Assembly (NCBI GenBank): GCA_002371705.1
Contig: DFGI01000080.1
Location: forward strand, 7,530-71,529
Source: Bacteroidales bacterium UBA3754
Lineage (GTDB): Bacteria; Bacteroidota; Bacteroidia; Bacteroidales; UBA1715
Direction: 5' to 3'
DNA length: 64,000 nt
Part shown: positions 56,456 through 64,000 of the stretch, piece after piece
Numbering within the stretch: the first letter of the stretch is position 1
How the letters are laid out: each line of letters starts with the position of its first letter
Position numbers and translations under genes: made by a program
The notes under the pieces: generated by a model
What the model saw: only the letters and a program-made list of their open reading frames with translations
The model's database searches: none
What the model was told of the DNA's origin: nothing

Positions 56456-56995
56456 ATGGTGATTATGACATACGAACAGCTACTTGAAACGGCAGAATTG
56501 CGTCTTCGCGCGTTGGAACCGAGCGACGAGGAATTGCTTTACCAGTGGGAAAACAACACGAAAATCTGGCAAGTGAGCTCAACCATTGCACCGTTTTCGC
56601 GACAAATGCTCCACGACTATATTGAAGCTGCGCAAACCGATATTTACGCGGCAAAACAACTTCGCTTGATGATTGAAGACAAGTCAATCCGTAAAACAGT
56701 GGGAACCATTGATTTATATGATTTTGACGCGCACAATCGTCGTGCTGGCATAGGGATTTTTGTTGCGGAACAGTTCCAACACAAACAATTTGCCACCAAA
56801 GCATTGGATTGTTTACTAACATATTGTCGTTCAATGCTTTTGCTTCATCAAACGTATGTGGAAATTCCCGTCGGAAATACCATTAGCATCTCGTTATTTT
56901 CCAAAGCAGGATTTCAGCAAGTCGGCATAAAAAAAGACTGGCTGATTCACGAAACAGGCTACGAAGACGTGATTGTGATGCAAAAAATTCTTTAA
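56456..56995 (+). CDS. GNAT-family N-acetyltransferase (RimJ/RimL-like)
   Basis: LRLRALEPSDEELLYQWENN...IGTIDLYDFDAHNRRAGIGIFV...GFATKALD. Confidence 0.8.
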   Translation: MVIMTYEQLLETAELRLRALEPSDEELLYQWENNTKIWQVSSTIAPFSRQMLHDYIEAAQTDIYAAKQLRLMIEDKSIRKTVGTIDLYDFDAHNRRAGIGIFVAEQFQHKQFATKALDCLLTYCRSMLLLHQTYVEIPVGNTISISLFSKAGFQQVGIKKDWLIHETGYEDVIVMQKIL

Positions 56996-57049
56996 AAAGA
57001 ACTTTGTATGAAAAAATCAACTACCTTGCACTTATAAAAATTCATTGCA

Positions 57050-57781
57050 ATGAAAAAACATATTCCAAATATACTTACACTCTGCAATCTGCTGTGCGGA
57101 GTATTTGCTGTTGTTGTCGCAACCTCGCAGTTTGCATCGCTCGAATGGACGGTTGCACTGATATTCTGCGGCGCAGTTTTCGATTTTTGTGACGGATTTT
57201 CGGCGCGCTTGCTCAAGGTTTCGTCGCCAATCGGCAAAGAGCTCGATTCGCTTGCCGACCTCGTCACCTTTGGTTTCGCACCAGCTGCAATCACTTCGGG
57301 AATTATCCAACATATATTGTTTGCTGGCACATTGGTGGAAAACGAACCGCTTGAATGGTACTACTACGCATTGGTGTTCTTTCCATATATTATTGTGGCG
57401 TTTTCGGCGCTTCGCCTTGCTAAATTCAACATTGACGAACGCCAAACGTGCTCATTTATAGGGTTGCCAACGCCAGCAAACGCGATTTTCTTTGCATCGT
57501 TCGCATTTATGCCTAACCTCGACTACATTCCTGTGATAATAATCGACGTGCTGGTGCTTGTATTCTCGGTGTTGCTGGTTTCCGAAATACCAATGTTTTC
57601 GCTCAAGTTCAAAAATTATAGTTGGAACGACAACAAAATCCGCTACGGATTTCTGATTTTGGCGGTTCTGCTGCTTGCAATTTTGCAACTCCGCGCCCTT
57701 ACGTACATCATTCTTTGCTACATACTATTATCGGTAATCGAGAATTTATTCTTGAAAAAGAATTGTTCGATAGAAGAGTAA
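57050..57781 (+). CDS. pssA: CDP-diacylglycerol--serine O-phosphatidyltransferase (CDP-alcohol phosphatidyltransferase family)
   Basis: DFCDGFSARLLKVSSPIGKELDSLADLVTFG matches D(x)2DG(x)2AR(x)8G(x)3D(x)3D. The size and TM layout are typical of Bacteroidetes PssA. Confidence 0.8.
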   Translation: MKKHIPNILTLCNLLCGVFAVVVATSQFASLEWTVALIFCGAVFDFCDGFSARLLKVSSPIGKELDSLADLVTFGFAPAAITSGIIQHILFAGTLVENEPLEWYYYALVFFPYIIVAFSALRLAKFNIDERQTCSFIGLPTPANAIFFASFAFMPNLDYIPVIIIDVLVLVFSVLLVSEIPMFSLKFKNYSWNDNKIRYGFLILAVLLLAILQLRALTYIILCYILLSVIENLFLKKNCSIEE

Positions 57782-57784
57782 TTG

Positions 57785-58270
57785 ATGAAGAAAATTGTAC
57801 TCATAGTTTGCGTAATAGCAACATCGTGTAAAACAATCGAATGTGACCCTTTTCCCAATGTGCCCTTCTTTTCGTATGAAAAAAATCAAAAATGTCAGTT
57901 CATTAGCGACAATGACGCATTAACGTTTACGGTGACCGAATTTCATGGCAGCGAAGCTTGGTCGTTCAAAAGTAATTGTGACTGTGGATGTCTTCCATTT
58001 GCAAGTATGCGATTAGAAAACCAGAATATAATTATTTCGGGTGAGAGTTTCATAGATTTAAATGTAGATAAAAATACGTTTAACTTCCGATATATCATAC
58101 AGCAATCATATGAAGTTCAGAATGAATTTTCGTTTTCCATGCGCAACAAATCTGCAATCGACACCATCATCGCCAACAAAGAAAATCCTACCTACACGTG
58201 GATGAGATTCTCTTCCGATAAAGGTTTCTGTGGTTTTGGGAATGACAATATGGAGTGTGTGTTGAAATAG
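57785..58270 (+). CDS. Hypothetical lipoprotein
   Basis: The ATG at 57785 gives MKKIVLIVCVIATSC (lipobox Cys). Low GC; no family recognised. Confidence 0.55.
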   Translation: MKKIVLIVCVIATSCKTIECDPFPNVPFFSYEKNQKCQFISDNDALTFTVTEFHGSEAWSFKSNCDCGCLPFASMRLENQNIIISGESFIDLNVDKNTFNFRYIIQQSYEVQNEFSFSMRNKSAIDTIIANKENPTYTWMRFSSDKGFCGFGNDNMECVLK

Positions 58271-58389
58271 AACACGTTTTTACGTTCCATTCAAAGATAT
58301 GTTCGCTCATCTGCGAAGGCGAACCCTCCTCGTTCAGTGAGGTTTAATACATAATGTAACTAAAAGAGAATCTTTGTTAGCACAATCAT

Positions 58390-58591
58390 CCGACTGAGCC
58401 GAGAGGCGTGAAAAAATCAACGGAGTGAAACGTGAAAGGCGTTGGTGCCATGTAACGATAATCTATTCCATACGATAGTGTGGCACTTCAACGCCTTTAG
58501 TGGAACGCAGTTGATTTTTAGCCGAGCGGGTCCGTCGGCGGCCTTTCTTTGGGTTCCGTTTCTTTCGCCGCCGAAAGAAATGGAACAAAAT
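58390..58591 (+). repeat. Structured intergenic repeat, copy C (uninterrupted reference copy, ~202 nt)
   Basis: Head CCGACTGAG. Hairpin 1 arms are AAAATCAACGGAGTG..AAAGGCGTTGGTGCC (58413..58449) and GGCACTTCAACGCCTTT..GTTGATTTT (58482..58518). Hairpin 2 is TTCCGTTTCTTTCG-CCGC-CGAAAGAAATGGAA (58554..58585), a 14-bp stem. Confidence 0.85.
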
Positions 58592-58660
58592 AGATTTTGG
58601 ATTTTTGCAAGGGTAAAGTGGATAATTTCGAAACAAAATGAGTTTTTCAAATTGAAATTG

Positions 58661-58668
58661 TATATTTG
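58661..58668 (+). promoter_or_regulatory. Candidate -7 promoter box (TAnnTTTG)
   Basis: tatatttg lies 22 nt upstream of the ATG at 58690. It contains the TTG that the ORF track used as a start at 58666. Confidence 0.4.
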
Positions 58669-58689
58669 CCACATAAACACGTACACAAA

Positions 58690-58848
58690 ATGGGAAAATT
58701 TAAGACATACAAAACAAGAGAAGAAGCCGCCGAGGCCTTTCGGCAGGCAATCGCACTGCGTTCAAAGTGGGAATACGCTATTGAACATAATTTATCGTTG
58801 GAAGAAATGAAGAAAATTGGCGTAGTTCCTTTGCGGGTAGGCAAATGA
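58690..58848 (+). CDS. Small (52-aa) hypothetical protein, possibly DNA-binding
   Basis: MGKFKTYKTREEAAEAFRQAIALRSKWEY... The F.T.EEAA.AF..A pattern is reminiscent of AP2-type or other small DNA-binding modules (weak). The stop overlaps the next start (ATGA). Confidence 0.45.
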   Translation: MGKFKTYKTREEAAEAFRQAIALRSKWEYAIEHNLSLEEMKKIGVVPLRVGK

Positions 58849-59342
58849 AAATTATACTTTCCGCTGCCAAGATAAATAAAACTGCACCATATAAAGTTTC
58901 TTTTCAATCAGATACCTCTTTTGAATTCCATACTGACAATGGTTGTCAATTGCAGATTGGATTTACAGAAGATTTTATGATTTCAGAAATTGGTGTATAT
59001 CAATTTTATATCCAAAATAAAACGAAAACGCCATCGCTTAAGGATGTAAAACTGAAAGAAACAATAATTGCAGTTTTTGAACATTTCTTTGAAGAAAAAA
59101 ATCGTGTAGCTGTTTATATCTGCGATTCAATGGATGGAAAACAACACATTCGGAACAGATTGTTTCAAATGTGGTTCAATTCCTATTTGCATAAAGAAAA
59201 ATATACTCTTCAAACGGCAACCATTGATTTTGATGGTATATCGTATTATTCGGCAATGTTGATACATAAGGACAATGCTGATTACGATGTGTATTTGCAA
59301 TTATATCAACGATTTATAGAACAGTTAACAGAAAAATTATAA
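58845..59342 (+). CDS. Hypothetical 165-aa protein (possibly DUF6169-like; unverified recollection)
   Basis: Intact ORF, translationally coupled to the 52-aa ORF. It contains VAVYICDSMDGKQHIRNRLFQMWF and LIHKDNADYDVYL. No catalytic motif is recognised. Confidence 0.5.
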   Translation: MKIILSAAKINKTAPYKVSFQSDTSFEFHTDNGCQLQIGFTEDFMISEIGVYQFYIQNKTKTPSLKDVKLKETIIAVFEHFFEEKNRVAVYICDSMDGKQHIRNRLFQMWFNSYLHKEKYTLQTATIDFDGISYYSAMLIHKDNADYDVYLQLYQRFIEQLTEKL

Positions 59343-59473
59343 TTATTGCAATGGTTGTGTGTGGTGCTGTGCGAGCAAATGTGCAGAATTATGTTAACGG
59401 GAAAATGCAAATTGAGAAGAACCACTAATTCAAAAAAATCCATTTCATTTTTGCGTAAATTCAGCAATTGTAT

Positions 59474-59481
59474 TACTTTTG
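59474..59481 (+). promoter_or_regulatory. Candidate -7 promoter box (TAnnTTTG)
   Basis: tacttttg lies 21 nt upstream of the thrA ATG. Confidence 0.35.
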
Positions 59482-59501
59482 GAGACTTTTGAATAACATC
59501 T

Positions 59502-61952
59502 ATGAAGGTTTTAAAATTTGGTGGAACTTCGGTGCAGAACGCCGAAAACATTACGAAAACGATTGCGATTATTAAGGAAAATCTCGCAAAGGAACAGTTA
59601 GTTGTTGTGGTATCAGCTCTTGGCGGTGTCACAAATATGTTGATTGAATGCTGCACAAAGGCAAAAAAAGGCACAACCGATTTCACCCAAACGTTGACCG
59701 AAATCAAAAATCGTCATTTTGAAACGATAAACAATTTATTGTCTGGCAGTTACAAAGACGACTGCGAGCAATACACCAACGATGTCCTTTCTGAACTTAA
59801 GGATATTCTCACAGGTATTTCGCTTATCCGCGAACTTACTCCTCGCTCGTTGGACTTGGTTTCCAGCGTGGGCGAACGTCTTTCAGCATACATCATCGCA
59901 AAAACTATCGCTCAGAGTGGCGTAAACTGCGAATTTCTTGATGCACGCACGGTAATCAAAACAGACAAAACGTTTGGTGCGGCAAAGGTCAACTTTGAGA
60001 AAACCGACGAACTCATTCAGAAAAAAATCAATAATACTAACACATTGTTTGTGGCAACAGGATTCATTGCCAGCACCGACGACAACGAGACTATTACACT
60101 CGGCCGTGGCGGCTCCGACTATTCAGCTGCAATTTTCGCTCGTGCCATCAATGCTTCCATCTTGGAAATCTGGACCGACGTTGACGGTATGATGACTGCC
60201 GACCCACGTAAGGTGAAAAAAGCATACCCGCTTGAACACGTGACTTACGCCGAGGCAATGGAGTTGTCGCATTTCGGCGCAAAAGTGCTTGAACCACGAA
60301 CTGTTATCCCAGCAATGTCAAAAAATATTCCCGTGATTATAAAAAATACTTTCAACCCAACGGCAAAAGGAACGCTCATCTCGAAGGAAAACACAAATTC
60401 AGAATTGCGCGTTCAAGGTATTTCTTCCATCGACGAAGTAAGTTTGATAACCGTGCAAGGTAGCGGTATGATTGGCGAAGCAGGCATTTCTATGCGTCTG
60501 TTCCGTGCCGTTGCCGAAGCGTCAATCAATGTAATTTTGATTACGCAATGTTCGTCGGAACATTCCATCACGTTCGCCGTGCTTCCTAACGAGGCACAAA
60601 AGTCGAAAGACGCTCTGAACAAAGAGTTTGAGATGGAATTGAAATCGGGATTGATTGACTCTATCAAGGTTGAAAACAATCTTTCGATTATTGCCGCCGT
60701 AGGTGAAAATATGAAAAACATCCCCGGCGTGGCAAGCAAGTTCTTCAACGCTTTGAGTATCAACGGAATCAACGTTGTTGCAATTGCACAAGGAGCAAGC
60801 GAGCTGAACATCTCGGTTGTTATCAACGAAAAAGATAAAATCAAGGCACTCAATTCATTACACGAATCATTCTTCTTGTCGAATACAACTACGTTGAATG
60901 TGTTTGTTGTGGGAACGGGAACCATTGGTGGCGAGCTTATCCGTCAGGTGAACGCACAACACGACACATTGATTAAACAAAATAAAATCGATGTAAAGAT
61001 TGTAGGTATTTCAAATATTGACGGCTATTTGATTGATACTGACGGTATTGATTTGAATAATTGGGAAGAATTGATTAAGACAAAAGGTTGCAAACCCGAT
61101 TTGGATGCATACGTTGCAGAAATCAAGGCCTTGAATTTGAGAAATAGCGTATATGTCGATAACACAGCAAGTTACGCTGTTGCCGACAAATACGAGGAAA
61201 TGTTGGAAAAACACATTTCGGTGGTTACGCCGAACAAAGTTGCCAACGCAAGCGACTACAAACGCTATGCAAACATTCACGCTCTTGCGGCAAAAACAGG
61301 TGCCCGTTTCTATTACGAAACCAACGTGGGCGCAGGTTTGCCAGTCATCAGCACATTGAAGGACTTAATCAAGAGTGGCGATGAAATCATCAAGATTGAG
61401 GCAATTCTTTCGGGTTCGCTGAACTTTATTTTCAGCAACTGCTCGTCAACAAAAGATTTTGCAACAACGGTGAAGGAAGCACGTCAGAAAGGTTACACCG
61501 AGCCAGACCCGAAAATCGACCTTGGCGGAAAGGACGTTGCCCGCAAGATTTTGATTCTTTCGCGCGAAATTGGTTGTACGTTCAATTTGGAAGATGTTGA
61601 CGTAGAAAACTGTCTTTCAGAAGAAAGCCAGAAAACCAATACGGTGGAGGAATTGTGGGATTCTCTTGAAAAATACGACAACGAGAAATTTGCAAAACTA
61701 TTCGCACAAGCCGAAAAGGAAGGCAAACATTTGAAATACATCGCAACATACGAAAACGGCAAGGCTCGCACCGAAATCAAAGCTGTTGACGCATCGCATC
61801 CGTTCTACAACATTACGGGCAGCGACAACATTATTTCGTTCACAACGGCGCACTACCGCACACAACCATTGATTGTCATCGGGCCAGGTGCCGGTGCGGC
61901 AGTTACAGCAGCTGGCGTGTTCGCCGACATTATTAGAATTGCGAATTTCTAA
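59502..61952 (+). CDS. thrA: Bifunctional aspartate kinase / homoserine dehydrogenase I
   Basis: MKVLKFGGTSV (aspartokinase), ACT-domain region, a second Rossmann motif VFVVGTGTIGG, and C-terminal homoserine dehydrogenase; 816 aa. Confidence 0.9.
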   Translation: MKVLKFGGTSVQNAENITKTIAIIKENLAKEQLVVVVSALGGVTNMLIECCTKAKKGTTDFTQTLTEIKNRHFETINNLLSGSYKDDCEQYTNDVLSELKDILTGISLIRELTPRSLDLVSSVGERLSAYIIAKTIAQSGVNCEFLDARTVIKTDKTFGAAKVNFEKTDELIQKKINNTNTLFVATGFIASTDDNETITLGRGGSDYSAAIFARAINASILEIWTDVDGMMTADPRKVKKAYPLEHVTYAEAMELSHFGAKVLEPRTVIPAMSKNIPVIIKNTFNPTAKGTLISKENTNSELRVQGISSIDEVSLITVQGSGMIGEAGISMRLFRAVAEASINVILITQCSSEHSITFAVLPNEAQKSKDALNKEFEMELKSGLIDSIKVENNLSIIAAVGENMKNIPGVASKFFNALSINGINVVAIAQGASELNISVVINEKDKIKALNSLHESFFLSNTTTLNVFVVGTGTIGGELIRQVNAQHDTLIKQNKIDVKIVGISNIDGYLIDTDGIDLNNWEELIKTKGCKPDLDAYVAEIKALNLRNSVYVDNTASYAVADKYEEMLEKHISVVTPNKVANASDYKRYANIHALAAKTGARFYYETNVGAGLPVISTLKDLIKSGDEIIKIEAILSGSLNFIFSNCSSTKDFATTVKEARQKGYTEPDPKIDLGGKDVARKILILSREIGCTFNLEDVDVENCLSEESQKTNTVEELWDSLEKYDNEKFAKLFAQAEKEGKHLKYIATYENGKARTEIKAVDASHPFYNITGSDNIISFTTAHYRTQPLIVIGPGAGAAVTAAGVFADIIRIANF

Positions 61953-61964
61953 TTGGAGTAATCT

Positions 61965-63341
61965 ATGGCACAGCAACCGTCAATTCCAAAAGGAACGCGT
62001 GACTTCTCCCCTGTGGAGATGATGAAGCGGAACTATATTTTCGACACAATCCGTTCGGTATATAAAACCTATGGCTATCTTCCAATCGAAACGCCAGCAA
62101 TGGAAACCATGCAAACGTTGATGGGGAAATATGGCGAAGAAGGAGATAGATTAATTTTTAAAATTCTGAATTCAGGAGATTTCAAACAAAAAGTTGGTGC
62201 AGAGGAATATACAAATGCTTCGCCACTTGCGTTGGCAAACGCATTCTGTGAAAAAGCACTCCGCTACGATTTGACTGTGCCGTTTGCTCGTTTTGTGGTA
62301 ATGCACCGCAACGAAATCCAGTTGCCCTTCAAACGGTTCCAGATTCAACCTGTTTGGCGCGCCGACCGTCCACAAAAAGGTCGCTACCGCGAATTTTACC
62401 AATGCGATGCCGACATTGTTGGCAGTGATTCGTTGCTCAACGAAGTGGAACTTGTGCAAATTATTGACACTGTGTTCTCTAAATTTGGCATCAACATAAC
62501 GGTAAAAATCAACAATAGAAAAATTTTAACGGGAATTGCCGAAATTATTGGCGAACCTGAACGCATAGTTGACATTACGGTTGCAATTGATAAACTTGAA
62601 AAAATCGGACTTGACAATGTGAACGCCGAGCTGATGGAAAAAGGTCTTTCCGAGGGAAAAATCAAGGCATTGCAACCAATTATTATGCTCCAAGGTTCTA
62701 CGGATGAAAAAATTGCCGCGTTAAAAACCATTCTTGCCGCTTCAGAAACGGGAATGAAAGGCGTTGCGGAATTGGAATATATTTTTGGAATACTTGCTAA
62801 TTGCGGCATTCGTGCCACATTGCAACTCGACCTGACACTTGCCCGTGGACTGAATTACTACACTGGCGCAATTTTCGAAGTAAAGGCAAACGATGTGGAA
62901 ATGGGAAGTATATGTGGCGGAGGTCGTTACGATAATCTTACGGGAATTTTTGGAATGCCGGGATTATCGGGTGTGGGAATTTCTTTTGGTGCTGACAGAA
63001 TCTATGACGTTCTGAATCAATTAAATGCATATCCTAACGACACCATTGAATCCACAAAATTACTATTTATCAATTTTGGTGACGCCGAAGCCGTATATTG
63101 TATGCCGATAGTGGCGAATCTCCGTGCAAATGGCATTGCTTGCGAATTGTATCCCGATGCTTCGAAAATGAAAAAACAGATGCAGTATGCTAACGAACGT
63201 AAAATTCCGTTTGTAGCTATAGCCGGCAGTGACGAAATTGCTCAAAACAAGGTGATGCTGAAGTGTATGGAAACGGGAGAACAAATGTTGGTGGAAAAAG
63301 ACGGTATCGCACAATGCGATTTATTCAAAAACCATCTTTAA
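61965..63341 (+). CDS. hisS: Histidine--tRNA ligase
   Basis: Class II motifs: [39 protein letters not shown]..., and a C-terminal anticodon-binding domain. Confidence 0.9.
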   Translation: MAQQPSIPKGTRDFSPVEMMKRNYIFDTIRSVYKTYGYLPIETPAMETMQTLMGKYGEEGDRLIFKILNSGDFKQKVGAEEYTNASPLALANAFCEKALRYDLTVPFARFVVMHRNEIQLPFKRFQIQPVWRADRPQKGRYREFYQCDADIVGSDSLLNEVELVQIIDTVFSKFGINITVKINNRKILTGIAEIIGEPERIVDITVAIDKLEKIGLDNVNAELMEKGLSEGKIKALQPIIMLQGSTDEKIAALKTILAASETGMKGVAELEYIFGILANCGIRATLQLDLTLARGLNYYTGAIFEVKANDVEMGSICGGGRYDNLTGIFGMPGLSGVGISFGADRIYDVLNQLNAYPNDTIESTKLLFINFGDAEAVYCMPIVANLRANGIACELYPDASKMKKQMQYANERKIPFVAIAGSDEIAQNKVMLKCMETGEQMLVEKDGIAQCDLFKNHL

Positions 63342-64000
63342 AATTTCTAACGATTTAATATTCTGCGTCTTGCAGATATGCACATCGTAGTATCGCAACA
63401 ATATTTGCAGTAATTCTTGTCGCTCCGAATTCGTCAACGCAATGGAATCAGTAATTTCATTGGTTTGCAAAATCCTGTGTAACAGCACACTTTGTTTCTC
63501 CGACAAACAATCGTTGTTCGTGTCGGCATCCACAAATTGCGCGTGCAAAAGCGAAAACATTGTTTTTTCCACTGAGAAATTGTCCTGCGGCGCAACGCCC
63601 ATAAATTTTGTAAGATGTAACAGAAACAGAATGTGGAGATTAGCATAATTGCTTGTCGTGTTTTCCAATAGGACTACAAACGACTTGAAAAACGCAAAAA
63701 ACGATGGATTTTCTTCTTCTTCGGTAAAAATTCGGTTTACCATTTCGCCAATGAAAAGCGCCATAGATGATTTTGAAAACGTACCTGTAATACTTTGTGG
63801 CACTTGCACAAACGAGATTGATGTGAGTCGATGGATTTGCTTCGGGTCTTTTTTGCGATAAGCTGTGATATGAACAAGCGAAAGTGGTTGGAAAAACGCC
63901 ATTTTCGAGCGATTTGTCCGCACATTGTTCATTATGTATGTGCCATTGCCGAACGCTTGGGTGTAAATGTGCGCAATAATGCTCGTTTCAGAGTATTTCA
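63321..64000 (-). CDS. recO: DNA repair protein RecO (5' end runs off the window)
   Basis: The minus-strand frame stays open upstream of the ORF-track Met (…[44 protein letters not shown]…). This is the RecO OB-fold N-terminal pattern, so the gene continues past 64000. The 3' end overlaps convergent hisS by 21 nt. Confidence 0.7.
   Translation of the reverse strand, partial: KYSETSIIAHIYTQAFGNGTYIMNNVRTNRSKMAFFQPLSLVHITAYRKKDPKQIHRLTSISFVQVPQSITGTFSKSSMALFIGEMVNRIFTEEEENPSFFAFFKSFVVLLENTTSNYANLHILFLLHLTKFMGVAPQDNFSVEKTMFSLLHAQFVDADTNNDCLSEKQSVLLHRILQTNEITDSIALTNSERQELLQILLRYYDVHICKTQNIKSLEILKMVFE

Noticed and set aside
59351-59428. A 25-codon ORF upstream of thrA, considered as a threonine-operon leader peptide or attenuator.
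   Set aside because: The peptide (MVVCGAVRANVQNYVNGKMQIEKNH) contains no Thr or Ile run. I see no alternative terminator/antiterminator hairpins between it and thrA.
1-64000. Search for tRNA, rRNA, CRISPR arrays, integrases, transposases or prophage structural genes.
   Set aside because: I saw no cloverleaf-like or rRNA-like segments in the intergenic gaps and no regularly spaced direct repeats. No ORF has recombinase, transposase or phage-structural motifs. Absence is judged by eye only and should be confirmed with tRNAscan-SE, Infernal and CRISPR finders.

Overview
This 64-kb chromosomal window is from a Bacteroidota genome, most likely Bacteroidales. The evidence is a FeoA-FeoB fusion, a large cargo protein with a T9SS C-terminal sorting domain, FISUMP-domain paralogs, and TAnnTTTG (-7 type) boxes 10-35 nt upstream of many start codons with no Shine-Dalgarno sequences. 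I call about 50 protein-coding genes. I saw no rRNA, tRNA, CRISPR array, transposase or integrase. Housekeeping genes (parE, coaD, thrH, ygiQ, mnmA, feoAB, polA, pssA, thrA, hisS, recO) are interrupted by accessory material. (1) 1-5.1 kb holds two tandem FISUMP surface-protein paralogs, a very low-GC 2-TM orphan, and an ORF6N gene bracketed by two copies of the same terminator hairpin. (2) 18.0-36.1 kb holds an ~18-kb Wzx/Wzy-type polysaccharide locus with acetyl- and pyruvyl-transferases, a CDP-ribitol-like plus TagF-like teichoic-acid-style module, and a phosphonate module. The phosphonate module is a triple-domain NTP-transferase/cytidylyltransferase/PEP-mutase followed by a phosphonopyruvate decarboxylase fused to an Fe-alcohol dehydrogenase. 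This predicts 2-hydroxyethylphosphonate rather than 2-AEP decoration. (3) At the compositional seam of that locus (29.6-30.6 kb) sits a self-contained two-gene unit: a Panacea/DUF4065 (SocA-like) antitoxin overlapping an uncharacterised 151-aa putative toxin. This is my best candidate for an undescribed system. (4) A modular ~200-nt structured intergenic repeat occurs in four nested or truncated copies, all in the same orientation (10.0, 17.8, 46.4, 58.4 kb). (5) 58.7-59.3 kb holds a small two-gene cassette of unknown function. All functional calls come from motif recognition by eye; no database search was possible.
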